Virus record (IMG/VR): IMGVR_UViG_3300047160_014082
Span: 19,028-83,027 of that record
Direction: 5' to 3' (one strand)
Length of the DNA: 64,000 nucleotides
Source: a virus
Lineage: Duplodnaviria > Caudoviricetes
The position numbers were made by a program, and so were the translations under genes. The stretch's first letter is position 1. Every line of letters begins with the position of its first letter. Below are positions 19,388-29,272 of this stretch, piece by piece. The notes under the pieces were generated by a model. The model did no database searches and was not told the DNA's origin. It saw nothing but the letters and a program-made list of their open reading frames with translations.

Positions 19388-19423
19388 TGCAAACCCCTTG
19401 CCGGGATTGTCAGGGCCTTTCCT

Positions 19424-22400
19424 ATGCATTCGGATCCAACCACGTCCTGGCCCGAATGTGCCTTGGCGATCCCGGATTTTTTTCCGCTCACATCTGGTTC
19501 GGTCAAGTCTCATGGAGAGCATCGATGGGGATGCCTTCTCGGTGTTTTGCCTGATGTCCAGCGCAAGACTCTGACGGACTGGACGCTGGAGAACGTTCTC
19601 GATGCTCACCTTGGGCCGGGCGGTCGGGAACTCCGGCCCCATGTCACCGTTGCTTATGGCTTTGATGAGCCAGACCTGGACAAGCTCAAGGAAATTTGTC
19701 ATCACCCCTATGGTCTTACGGCTCATCTGACTGGTCATTCCTATTTCGAGCCGGGTCCGGATGGCGCACCCTGGAAATACGACATCGCCAGCGAAGATCT
19801 GCTCAAGCTGCATGACAAGATTCGAAAGAACTTTCCCTTGCCGGGTGAGAAGTATCATTCCTACCGGCCGCATGTCACCATCGCCTATTTGGATCCATCG
19901 GCACGAGCGGTCTATGCCGAAGAGGTCCCTCCCCTGATTGGAGAACACCTCGTTTTGCATGAGCTGTTCTATGTCTCTCCGGATGGTCAGACGCAAACGG
20001 TCATCCCGATAACCCAGGCCTTGCCCATTCTGGGCACCAAGTCCCACAAGCAGCCCGATGAAGAAGTCGATTGGGAGCTGTGGAAGGAAATCGTCATCGC
20101 TTTTCGTGGTCTGAAGCGCCCCCAGCGTACCCCCTATAAAATTGGTCGGGTACGGGGCTTTAAGATCATGCTCGTTGATGGCGACCGGCAGAAGATCGAA
20201 CACAATATGGATTACATCGAGGGGGGTAATGGCTATCGCTATTCCTGGATCCCCAAGGATGAAATCTGGCTGGATGACAGCCTGGAAACGCACGACCTGT
20301 CGCTCATCTGCTATCACGAAGTTCACGAATCCCTTCTGATGATGCATGGCATGAAGTACGAGACGGCGCATGAGAAAGCCGACAAGGCCGAGCGTGTCCT
20401 GCGCGTCCGCTACTTTGAGCCGCACGGTAAGACCATGCCCGAGCTGGTCAAAGGGAGCTATTTTGATACTTGTCCTAGGGATGAAAGGGGTCATTGTCTG
20501 CCAGAAGAGCTATCCGACCGGATGAGGCAGAAGGAAACCGACGACAAGCCCAGAAGGCGCGCCAATATTGATCCGGTAGAAGGACCAAAAGCTCCGGGGG
20601 AACCGGCACCCGTCCCGGTCAAAGGCAGTAAACCCATCCGGACATCGGCAAGAAAGGGGGATGATACTCTTGTCAAGGTGTACGTGGGAATTCCCAAGGA
20701 TCATACTCCGCAGGACGAATTCGTATTCATCAGCACCAGTCCGGAACTGGCCAGCCTGCACGGCATGGTCCATGAGTATCAGTTGCTGCCCGGTGCCGTC
20801 TTACATCCGGATCCTGCACTAGAGGAACAATTTCTGGAGTCTCATCCTGATGAGGAATTTACGGGTGCAGCTTCCTTGAAAATGGGATCTGCTCTTGTTC
20901 ATCGTATGTTCCTGGGTCGCAGGAAGGTGGCCCCTTCTGGCATAAACAAAAAAACCATGTCCTGGCTGGCGGCGGGGCATGGTGCCGAGCTGGTCAAGCC
21001 CCCCAAGTTTCCGAAGAAGCTCAAGGATCTACGATCCCAATATCGGGCCAAAAGTCACTTTGTCGAATCCCAGCACCCCCGCGGACAGCCCGAGAACACC
21101 GGCCAGTTTGTTGAGAGCGGCCGGGAAAGCACAGCCAGGCCAAAGCCACCAGAAGTTCGACCGGCTAGTTCCCGGGGCAAGCTCTTGGAGCAGCTCAAAA
21201 AGACGGGCCATAATATCCAGCACATCGAGCAAGTTGCCAAGGAATGGGCGCAGGATCGCATCGAAGAAAACCTTAACAAGCTGCCGCCCCGGATCCAAAG
21301 TATCGCTCAGAAGGTCTGGGTTGCGATCCGCTTCGGAACCAAAGCTAGCTTTGTGACTTACCAGGCCGGGCAGGCACTGGCGGAACGGATAGCCCTTGCT
21401 AAAGGAGTCCCTCCGGAGCAAGCGCGCCGCCTGCGCGCCGTGCTTAGCGCCATCGATGTGATGACTTTAAAGCCGGTAAGCATCGGGTTAGGAGCCATGG
21501 CTGGGCCGGCGGCAAGCCTGGGGGTTAGTTTCATCCCGGTAGGAAGCTTCACCTATCTGGCTTACTCGACCGCTACGGATCCGATGGCAACTCTGCGCGC
21601 TGCCAAGCAGATGGCTCAGGACATGATCATCGGGCGTAAGGATCTGGACACAACGGAACTGGTAGAAGAAATCTGCACCTGGCTAGATTATGATAGCAAG
21701 ATGGCGCTCTTGCTGGCACTGCTGGATGAAACCAACTCGCTTGATGAAGCCTGGCAAGCTGCCCGAGGTTCCAAGCCAGATTCTTCCCCCCAGGAAAAGG
21801 CCCTTCTGGACTACGACGTCAAAGCAGGCTTTACCGGCATGCGCCGGGATCGACTCGGCCGGCGTTTTTGTTTCAGAATGGGGGTCCGAGTTCCGTGTGT
21901 CCGCCCGAAGCCTGTTTCTACCCCCAAAAAGCCTAGCGCCAAGCCCTTGGAAGTCCAAAAGCGGCCCGAAACCCCTCCGGAGGAACATCAGGGCTCTAAA
22001 CCCGCAAAACTAAGTTCTACCCGGGTAAAAATAGGGAAAGCTCCGGAAGGAGTGGAACGGGCATTCCGGGGGGATCAAGTTAATGTCCAAACCAAGCTCA
22101 GCAAGCAACTAGCCGGAGTCATCGGTGAGAAAATCGCCATCCATTATCTGAAAAGCATCGGTCTGGAGGATGCACGCACCGCTGACTTGGATCGGAACAA
22201 CTTCCCCCTGGATGTCATCGCCGGCTTTGAGGCAGTGGAGGTCAAAACGGGCAATGCCGGTAATGGCCCCGGCGCTCAGCAATGGCGTTTAACCATCGGC
22301 GAGCCGGGAAAGAAGGAAAAGGAATGGCTAGCCAAAGCCACCCCCGAAGAGAAAGCGTTCTGGAATGCCAACAAGCAACAGATGATTCACGACCGCAAGG

Positions 22401-22594
22401 GAGCAGCTCTGAAGGAGCTGGAAAGCAAGCTAGGAGGGAAAGTCAAGGCCCGGACGATAGCGCTTATTCTGGATCCCGACCGTGGTGTGGCGGACGTGTA
22501 TAGTTTTGATGACTGGCACGACCGTATTGGCTGGAACTCGGAACAGGCCAAGAAAGGTTATGTCCGCAGCTTTACGTATGAAGTCGAACAATGA
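19424..22594 (+). CDS. Multidomain head-associated protein: 2H phosphoesterase (Acb1-like), HExxE domain, possible ART-like segment, C-terminal PD-(D/E)XK nuclease-like domain
   Basis: PHVTVAY and PHVTIAY (paired HxT); YHEVHE...AH; FISTS; QHPRGQPENTGQF; PLDV...VEVKTG; lies directly upstream of the head genes. Confidence 0.65.
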   Translation: MHSDPTTSWPECALAIPDFFPLTSGSVKSHGEHRWGCLLGVLPDVQRKTLTDWTLENVLDAHLGPGGRELRPHVTVAYGFDEPDLDKLKEICHHPYGLTAHLTGHSYFEPGPDGAPWKYDIASEDLLKLHDKIRKNFPLPGEKYHSYRPHVTIAYLDPSARAVYAEEVPPLIGEHLVLHELFYVSPDGQTQTVIPITQALPILGTKSHKQPDEEVDWELWKEIVIAFRGLKRPQRTPYKIGRVRGFKIMLVDGDRQKIEHNMDYIEGGNGYRYSWIPKDEIWLDDSLETHDLSLICYHEVHESLLMMHGMKYETAHEKADKAERVLRVRYFEPHGKTMPELVKGSYFDTCPRDERGHCLPEELSDRMRQKETDDKPRRRANIDPVEGPKAPGEPAPVPVKGSKPIRTSARKGDDTLVKVYVGIPKDHTPQDEFVFISTSPELASLHGMVHEYQLLPGAVLHPDPALEEQFLESHPDEEFTGAASLKMGSALVHRMFLGRRKVAPSGINKKTMSWLAAGHGAELVKPPKFPKKLKDLRSQYRAKSHFVESQHPRGQPENTGQFVESGRESTARPKPPEVRPASSRGKLLEQLKKTGHNIQHIEQVAKEWAQDRIEENLNKLPPRIQSIAQKVWVAIRFGTKASFVTYQAGQALAERIALAKGVPPEQARRLRAVLSAIDVMTLKPVSIGLGAMAGPAASLGVSFIPVGSFTYLAYSTATDPMATLRAAKQMAQDMIIGRKDLDTTELVEEICTWLDYDSKMALLLALLDETNSLDEAWQAARGSKPDSSPQEKALLDYDVKAGFTGMRRDRLGRRFCFRMGVRVPCVRPKPVSTPKKPSAKPLEVQKRPETPPEEHQGSKPAKLSSTRVKIGKAPEGVERAFRGDQVNVQTKLSKQLAGVIGEKIAIHYLKSIGLEDARTADLDRNNFPLDVIAGFEAVEVKTGNAGNGPGAQQWRLTIGEPGKKEKEWLAKATPEEKAFWNANKQQMIHDRKGAALKELESKLGGKVKARTIALILDPDRGVADVYSFDDWHDRIGWNSEQAKKGYVRSFTYEVEQ

Positions 22595-22740
22595 ACAAAC
22601 CTCAAAACCCCCCTGATGATGTCGTTAAGGAGTTCCAAGAGGAGCTGGATGACGAAGCCGGCCGTTGGGTCGAAGCCGTGTTTAACATCCTCAAGGACAA
22701 GAAGCGCTCGGATACCGAGCGCGACAAAACACCTGAATAG
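22591..22740 (+). CDS. Hypothetical protein (49 aa)
   Basis: ATGA overlap with the upstream gene; open to TAG 22740. Confidence 0.45.
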   Translation: MNKPQNPPDDVVKEFQEELDDEAGRWVEAVFNILKDKKRSDTERDKTPE

Positions 22741-22784
22741 CCTTGCCGGAAAATCGCCTTTTGCCTTAGAGTAAAGGTCCTACG

Positions 22785-23006
22785 ATGATGCGTCCTCTAC
22801 AGATGGCCCAACCAAGCAACAAAGTAGAAGAACCGTTGACGAGCTTTCGCGCGTCCCTGGAAGACGCCCGGGACATCCTGATGAAACTCGGCCCCTTTTG
22901 TTCCACCCTGGATGATGCTATCAGGGTGTTCGATCTGGGGGCCACGGACGAAAGCCAAGCCCGCTTCTTGTATAACCTCATGTTCGCGAAGGATCATCCC
23001 CCGTGA
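22785..23006 (+). CDS. Hypothetical protein
   Basis: GTGA overlap with the protease gene. Confidence 0.5.
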   Translation: MMRPLQMAQPSNKVEEPLTSFRASLEDARDILMKLGPFCSTLDDAIRVFDLGATDESQARFLYNLMFAKDHPP

Positions 23007-26000
23007 ACCCGGAACTGGAAGCCATCAAAATTCTGGAAGCTCGTTCGGATGTACAAACTCCGGGCTGGAGCTACAAACTTCAGGGCGGCATGTATGGGCT
23101 TGACTATGCCATCATGCCCGAAGTCCTGGACATTGATGAAAAAGCCATGTCCGTATGGATCCCCTACGCTTCGGGGATCAATCGTGATGGCGTAGGGGAT
23201 CTGTTGGAAATCGGAGGTATCGAACTAGATCGACACCGCAAGAATCCCATCTTCCTCTTCGATCACGGCAAGAACGTTCAGCTTCCCATCGGGCTCAGTT
23301 GCGTACGCTCGGGCGACGGCCGCTACGATCTGGCCCAATACACCGGGGTCCTGGACCTGGAGCGCAAGGAAGCGCGCGACAATGTTTTCTTCTACCAGGG
23401 CAAGCGCGATTGGATGGATCTGAACGGCCAGATACCAGAATCGTTGATTAGCAAGAACCAGGAATACCAGCACAGCCTGTATGCTGAGCAGCTCTATCAC
23501 ATGGTGGCTGTGCGCCTGTTAGGCGCTGGTTCCATTGGCTACCAAACCATCAAAGCTTATCCCCTACGCCCGGATCCGGAACAGGGTATCCCCCAGGGCA
23601 TGCACCTCCTGCGCGTGCGCCGGCTAGAGGGTAGCCTGGTGGTGCTGCCAGCCAACGGTGATACCGTGCGCAAGGCTCTGGCCATGCCGACCATCTGCGG
23701 CAAGCCTATGTGCGAGTACCTGATCAAAAGCCTAACTCCCTGGTCGGACCCCAAACCGGCGCAGGTCACGGGAGGATACGAAATAAAGTCAGCGGACGCC
23801 GACAAGTTTCTCGCTGTCCTGCAACAGGCCGTAAACAAGGCGGCGGCGCAGGAAGATGAGGACACAAACGGCGGTATTGGCGTCTTTTACCAGAAAAATC
23901 CCCCTCATAACGTGTTCATCGACGTGCGTGACTGGGGTGATTCGGATTTGGGGCGCATGATCGGCGCGTCGGTGCATAATTACCTTTCTGTGCAGTACGG
24001 CAACGAACAAAATCCTCCGAAAGAGTGGGGGGAATGTATGAAGATCAAACCTACTGAGGGTGTGAAGCACCAGCCTAGTGATGATATTACTCCTGAGAAA
24101 GCTCGCCAGATGCTGCGCGACGGTACGGCTCAGGGACATCCGCTTACGGACAAGCAACGGCGCATGTTGGGGGCTGCCGCGGGGAAGGACAAGAAAGCCC
24201 TGCGCATGAAGTACCGGGCCAAGGGCAAGCTCCCTTACACCCATGGTGAGTTCCAGAGGCGCTACCGGGCCGTCGGCCACATGTCCGAAGGCCAGATGAA
24301 CGAATTTCGGGATACAGCCCATCGGGCGGGTGATGAAGACGCTCATGAGTACGCCCGGGGTGTCGAAGCCAATCATGTGCATACGGCCGACGAGCTGCAC
24401 CGTCACATTGGGGAACACTGGCAGAGGGAACGCAAGCGCCGGGGGGTCAAGTCCAGCGATCCCGCAGAGTTCATGCACGGCTTCGACAGCGTAGATCGAA
24501 GCTCAGGGGGACATAACTTCGTTCACGTTGGCAAGCTGCGCAACCATTTGGGATGGGAGCGCAGTCGCTTCGACAATGCTTATTCTCATCATCGCCGTTC
24601 CGGCACCCTCACCGTGGCCGGACCCGAAGGCCGGGAAGGACTGAGTGAGGAAGATCGAGCCGCCATGATCCGAGACAAAAACGATGGTGATGTAATGTAT
24701 CTATCACGGCGCACCAAAGGCCTGGAACTACGTCAGAAATACCGCAAGGGCTCGATGAAACGCCTGCGCCACGGCTCCCCCGGCTCGGCTGTGGTGCGTG
24801 TCTCGGAAAAGGATCTGGACATGGTTAAGAAGGCCGTGGCCGAGCACAAGCTCAAGATGGAACACATGGGCGTAGTTGGGGGACTGGCGCGCGTGAAACT
24901 CATCGGGGCCGACGACGGCATTGATGCTGTGGCTAAGGCCTTTGGCGTATCCGGAAAATCCTTGGAACAGGGGAGCAAAGCCATGGGCGTTGCCACGAAA
25001 AGCGAAATCGACCAGGATGCCGCCGATATGAACGAGGAGCCCGAAGGCACTGGCATGGAAGAAGGAGGGGGAGGCGGCGAACCTCACGGTGCCCAAGTCA
25101 TCCGGCGCATTCACTCCGATTTCAGCGAGCATATGGAGGAATATGACTCGTGGTTGCCACACACCGAAAACCAACGGGTCGAGAAGTTCGTTCACAAGCT
25201 GCTAGAGCAGTTTGAAGCTGGCTTGTCCGAAGCCGAGCAGATCTTTTCCAGCGAGGAGAAATACAAGGATTTGCCAGAGCTGGAAGGGGGGATGAAGCCG
25301 GAAGAAGAAGGCATCGACAACGAGGGGGAGGAAGCCGCGGGTGAGGAAGTTCCGGAGGAAGGAGCTGGAGGGGAGGAAGAAGGGGGAGAAGAAGCCGGCG
25401 GCAAGAACGACAGCGATACCAGTCAGGAAGAAGCCGCCCCGGCCACCAGCGAAACCCGTGAGGAACCGCCGCCGGAGGAATCGGTGCAGGGCATGGAAAA
25501 GAGCAAGCTGGACAAGGCTCTGGAGCCCTATAAGCCTCATCCGATGAGTCAGGCGGCCCATGATGCTTCACAACGGGCTCACAGCCAGACTCAGAACAGT
25601 CAAAATCGCAATGCAGAAGCTGAAAAGCATTCGGAAGCTGCTTTAGACCAGTCGCATGTTGCCAAAGCCGGATATCATGCTTCCCATGAAACAGCAGCTC
25701 GTCATCATGTCCAGGCAGGGCACGCTCATAGTCACGCTGCGGAACATCGGCAGGCTTCGGCTCACTATGAAGCTGGCGCCCGGCACTACGAAGCGCACAA
25801 CGAACTGGTTCATGGCATCAAGCCCAAGGAAAAGGCCCTGATGAAAGTTCCGCCCGCCGAGAAGGCCGAACATAATGCTCTGGCTCGGGCCAACAAACTG
25901 GGCAAGAAATCGGGCATGTGCCAGTGTCCGAATAACGGCCGGGCCAATTGTACTTGCAAAGCTTGTATGGGTACTAAGAGCGCTTGCCCTCATTGTGGTA

Positions 26001-27025
26001 AGGAACCATGCGAATGCGGCCGGCACCCGGGCAGCGAATCGACAGAACAGGCCAAGCCTGGACATCCTGGAAGGACCAATGCCTCCGGCGAGGATTTGGG
26101 GCATGAGTCTGCCCAGCAAACCCCCGGCAGTACCCCAGAGAAGGATCCGGCCGCAGGGGAGGACCTGGGTGAAGAGGCCTACGCCCAGGAAGGTAAGCCA
26201 GCATTCCACGGAGCTACGGAGTTCCAGGATCATGAGAAGAAATCGCTCGGCGAAGCCTCTGGCTTTCTGGGCATGCTGGGACAGGCCGGCTCGCCCTTCG
26301 ACAATAGCCATCGCATGGATGCCTGGCACTACCACAAGACCCTGACCGGAATGCTCCAGCTAGAACAAGCGCACGAAGATCTAGCACAGACACCAACGCA
26401 AGATCATGTACCTCCGGCTGAATGGGAACCAGGCGTTGGGGCCAAGGATCATGGCAGTGTTGTAGCGCAGCAGGTAGCACAACGACGGCGCCAGCCTTTG
26501 AACGACATTCATACACCAGAGGATAAAAAGAAGTCGGTGCAAACCGGTCCCGAGCGCCACGAAAATAATCGTGAAGTAGTACCGGCCACGGCCGAAAACA
26601 ACAACCGGGGGGTGAACATATACGATCCGAACAAGAAGAGTCAAATCCCCGGTGATCTGGACTACTGGCAGGAAGAAGGCCGTGAGTCTGGGCATCGCGG
26701 CCAGAATGGTCCGGTAGCGCACGCCGCCAAGTGGTTCAAGGCCTTGTCGATGACCCCCGACTTCGGCGATCCGCACCGGGCCAAATGTATGATGGTCAAG
26801 AAGTCCCTGGATGACATCTTGACAGAGAAGGAGGAGCTACACGAAGGGGCCGGGCCGGATACGTTGGTCGGGGACGGAGCCGAATCGACTCCGGACCAAC
26901 CTGGTCCTGGTGAAGTTGAAACCAAGATGCAGGAATGGCTGGAACAAGAAGAAGATCACAACTCCCAAATTGAGGAGTTGTACACGACGTTGCAGAAACT
27001 CCAGAAGATTACCACCCCACGATGA
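23003..27025 (+). CDS. HK97-type prohead maturation protease with ~1100-aa C-terminal extension
   Basis: DGVGD...NPIFLFDHG...PIG; GSIGY; EGSLVVLPAN; located upstream of the MCP. Confidence 0.8.
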   Translation: MNPELEAIKILEARSDVQTPGWSYKLQGGMYGLDYAIMPEVLDIDEKAMSVWIPYASGINRDGVGDLLEIGGIELDRHRKNPIFLFDHGKNVQLPIGLSCVRSGDGRYDLAQYTGVLDLERKEARDNVFFYQGKRDWMDLNGQIPESLISKNQEYQHSLYAEQLYHMVAVRLLGAGSIGYQTIKAYPLRPDPEQGIPQGMHLLRVRRLEGSLVVLPANGDTVRKALAMPTICGKPMCEYLIKSLTPWSDPKPAQVTGGYEIKSADADKFLAVLQQAVNKAAAQEDEDTNGGIGVFYQKNPPHNVFIDVRDWGDSDLGRMIGASVHNYLSVQYGNEQNPPKEWGECMKIKPTEGVKHQPSDDITPEKARQMLRDGTAQGHPLTDKQRRMLGAAAGKDKKALRMKYRAKGKLPYTHGEFQRRYRAVGHMSEGQMNEFRDTAHRAGDEDAHEYARGVEANHVHTADELHRHIGEHWQRERKRRGVKSSDPAEFMHGFDSVDRSSGGHNFVHVGKLRNHLGWERSRFDNAYSHHRRSGTLTVAGPEGREGLSEEDRAAMIRDKNDGDVMYLSRRTKGLELRQKYRKGSMKRLRHGSPGSAVVRVSEKDLDMVKKAVAEHKLKMEHMGVVGGLARVKLIGADDGIDAVAKAFGVSGKSLEQGSKAMGVATKSEIDQDAADMNEEPEGTGMEEGGGGGEPHGAQVIRRIHSDFSEHMEEYDSWLPHTENQRVEKFVHKLLEQFEAGLSEAEQIFSSEEKYKDLPELEGGMKPEEEGIDNEGEEAAGEEVPEEGAGGEEEGGEEAGGKNDSDTSQEEAAPATSETREEPPPEESVQGMEKSKLDKALEPYKPHPMSQAAHDASQRAHSQTQNSQNRNAEAEKHSEAALDQSHVAKAGYHASHETAARHHVQAGHAHSHAAEHRQASAHYEAGARHYEAHNELVHGIKPKEKALMKVPPAEKAEHNALARANKLGKKSGMCQCPNNGRANCTCKACMGTKSACPHCGKEPCECGRHPGSESTEQAKPGHPGRTNASGEDLGHESAQQTPGSTPEKDPAAGEDLGEEAYAQEGKPAFHGATEFQDHEKKSLGEASGFLGMLGQAGSPFDNSHRMDAWHYHKTLTGMLQLEQAHEDLAQTPTQDHVPPAEWEPGVGAKDHGSVVAQQVAQRRRQPLNDIHTPEDKKKSVQTGPERHENNREVVPATAENNNRGVNIYDPNKKSQIPGDLDYWQEEGRESGHRGQNGPVAHAAKWFKALSMTPDFGDPHRAKCMMVKKSLDDILTEKEELHEGAGPDTLVGDGAESTPDQPGPGEVETKMQEWLEQEEDHNSQIEELYTTLQKLQKITTPR

Positions 27026-27114
27026 CCTTTCACCCATAACGAAAGGGAACCTATCCCGGTGACGCGACCGCCGGGGAAAGGCCCAAGTGACCTTTACCCA
27101 AAGGAGCAATTACC

Positions 27115-28578
27115 GTGGATCAGGACAATTCTCTGGCCATTGCCACCAAGGCGATGGAATTGAGCAAGAAGAACTCGGAGGCCCTTGCCGGCATCCAGCA
27201 GGGCGTCAAGGCCCTGACAGACCGTCTGGGGGCCATTCGGGATCCGCGCCACCCGAGCGCCAGCGATGTATTCGGCGTGCCCCATGTCCGCAAGGGCGAG
27301 GACAGCATGGGTTCGCGCGGTTTCAGCCTGATCAAGATGTTTGGCCTGATCACCAAGCAGCTTCAGCCTGACAATGCTCGCACCGAATACGACTTCCACA
27401 ACCGGCTGCACAAGATCTACAACGAGGGGGGTGGCGAGCGCTACGACTACAAGAGCGGTCATGTCCCTGGCGACCGTGCTTTTCTGGCCCCCCTGGCGCC
27501 GGCCTTCTTCCCGGACAACTACGTTCCCGCAGACTTCCGCCGGGAAATGAAGATGTCCATGCAAGCGGGCGTGGATGGCTACGATCCGGATGAAGCCGTT
27601 CGGATACAGAGCAAGTTTTTCGAGGCCAAGGGCTACGACGTCAAGACGTTGTCCTGGCTCAACGAAATTCTGGGCGGCTCGCTGGTGGCCCCTCCGGAGC
27701 AAGGCGAACTCATCGAACTGCTTCGTAACAAGGAAGCGCTTGTCAACGCCGGCGCCCGCACCGTGCCGCTGCCCCCGCAAGGGCGCATGAAGTACCCGCG
27801 GCAGACGGCAGCTTCACTGACCTTCTGGGTCGGCGAAAATTCGCCGATCACCAGCAGCGACATCGGCACGGGTGAAATCATCCTGCAAGCGAAGAAGCTC
27901 ACGGTTCTTATCAAGATGCCGAATGAGCTAATTCGCTTCGCCAACCCGGCCGCGGAAGCGCTGGTGCGCGACGACATGACCAAGAGCCTGGCGCTCGGCA
28001 TGGACCTGGCCGGCCTGGAAGGTCTGGGCGGTGATAACCGGCCGCTCGGTCTGATCAATCGTCAGGGCATCCAGAACATCACGTCGTCCCAGCCCGGGCC
28101 GAACGGTGATCGTCTGGTTGCCGAAGACATCTATCGTATGGTGGCGGCTGTCGAAGAAGGTAACGCCACTTTCGAAAGCTGGATCATGCGTCCGAAGACC
28201 TGGTACAAGTACCTCCAGCTGCGGGCCGATGCCGTCAGCCAGGGTGACCGCCAGGGCATGTTCCTGTTTAACATGATTCGCGAGCCTGGCGAATCGTCCA
28301 AGCCGACCCTGGCGACCTACCCGGTGACCAAGAGCACTCAGGTTAGCCAGGTCCGTAGTAAGGGTGGTTCCACCAATCTGACCTACATCCTGGGCGGCAT
28401 GTTCTCCGACGTACTGATCGGTATGTTCGGCGCCATCGAGTTCAGTGCTACTACGCTGGGCGACACGCCGTTCGTGAATGATCAGACGTGGGTCAAGGGC
28501 ATCCTGTCCGCGGACGTCCAGGTCCGCCACGAAATCGGCCTGGTGCTGATGGACAATCTGGACGTCGTGAACCAGTAA
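27115..28578 (+). CDS. Major capsid protein, HK97 fold
   Basis: GGSLVAPP, GARTVP, KYPRQT, WVGEN, AKKLTVLIKMPNELIR, WIMRP; AAGGAG upstream of GTG. Confidence 0.92.
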   Translation: MDQDNSLAIATKAMELSKKNSEALAGIQQGVKALTDRLGAIRDPRHPSASDVFGVPHVRKGEDSMGSRGFSLIKMFGLITKQLQPDNARTEYDFHNRLHKIYNEGGGERYDYKSGHVPGDRAFLAPLAPAFFPDNYVPADFRREMKMSMQAGVDGYDPDEAVRIQSKFFEAKGYDVKTLSWLNEILGGSLVAPPEQGELIELLRNKEALVNAGARTVPLPPQGRMKYPRQTAASLTFWVGENSPITSSDIGTGEIILQAKKLTVLIKMPNELIRFANPAAEALVRDDMTKSLALGMDLAGLEGLGGDNRPLGLINRQGIQNITSSQPGPNGDRLVAEDIYRMVAAVEEGNATFESWIMRPKTWYKYLQLRADAVSQGDRQGMFLFNMIREPGESSKPTLATYPVTKSTQVSQVRSKGGSTNLTYILGGMFSDVLIGMFGAIEFSATTLGDTPFVNDQTWVKGILSADVQVRHEIGLVLMDNLDVVNQ

Positions 28579-28580
28579 AC

Positions 28581-28603
28581 AGGGGGTTATGCACCCTCTT
28601 TTT
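28581..28603 (+). terminator. Intrinsic terminator after the MCP
   Basis: AGGGGGT-tatgc-ACCCTCT followed by a T-run. Confidence 0.5.
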
Positions 28604-28638
28604 CTTGTACCTTTAACCTCCTGTTAGGAGCTGTAATC

Positions 28639-29196
28639 GTGAGCGCGAATCTTGTGGTGGATCTGGCCAATACTACCGACTATCGAGTCAGCGTTTCGCT
28701 CGGCTCGGGTGGTGGCGGCCCTCTGGTCGGTGAAATCATCGACATGGAATTTGCCAATACGTTGACAAACATCTTCTGCGCCGGCGGCCCTGGTTCGGGC
28801 GCTATCAACCTTCAGGTGCAGACCTGCGACGGTACGGCCTCTGGTTCGTTCACGGACCCGACGTCCGGTCTGTCGGCGGGTGCGGCCCCGGGTGGTCTAC
28901 CCGTGGGGCAGACTAACCTGGTATCGGGCGGTAACTTCTGGGTGAATTCCGGACTATGGACGTCCGGTAACTTCAGTGTGACGGCCCCAGTCAACAATGC
29001 CCCGGTGTTCTGCTCGGGCGGCATTCAGTTCGGCGCCTTCCAGATGCCGCACCGCTTTGCCCGTCTGATCAGTCTTTCGGGGGCATTCCCGAACTTCTAC
29101 AACGCCGGCTTTATCAAGCAGAAGCGCACCGTGGGTTCTGGTGCTGGCTTCACGTGGAGTCCTGGCAGCGGGGCGTCGAACTTCCCGCAAGTGTAA
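28639..29196 (+). CDS. Putative head decoration/cement protein
   Basis: Immediately after the MCP; AGGAG RBS; Gly/Ser-rich beta composition. Confidence 0.55.
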   Translation: MSANLVVDLANTTDYRVSVSLGSGGGGPLVGEIIDMEFANTLTNIFCAGGPGSGAINLQVQTCDGTASGSFTDPTSGLSAGAAPGGLPVGQTNLVSGGNFWVNSGLWTSGNFSVTAPVNNAPVFCSGGIQFGAFQMPHRFARLISLSGAFPNFYNAGFIKQKRTVGSGAGFTWSPGSGASNFPQV

Positions 29197-29214
29197 CCAA
29201 CGTAAAGCCCGAAA

Positions 29215-29255
29215 CTGGCGGGGGGTGGAGGTGATCCTTAAAACCCCCCCGCCAG
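29215..29255 (+). promoter_or_regulatory. GC-rich intergenic hairpin
   Basis: CTGGCGGGGGGT ... ACCCCCCCGCCAG inverted repeat; no T-run. Confidence 0.35.
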
Positions 29256-29272
29256 ATACAGGAGCCTTGGTT

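Noticed and set aside
19040-20494. Long antisense ORFs (19040-20494, 23789-24478, 25643-26335, 27094-27780, 49775-50638 and similar)
   Set aside because: Shadow frames opposite well-supported genes in GC-rich DNA; no recognisable motifs.
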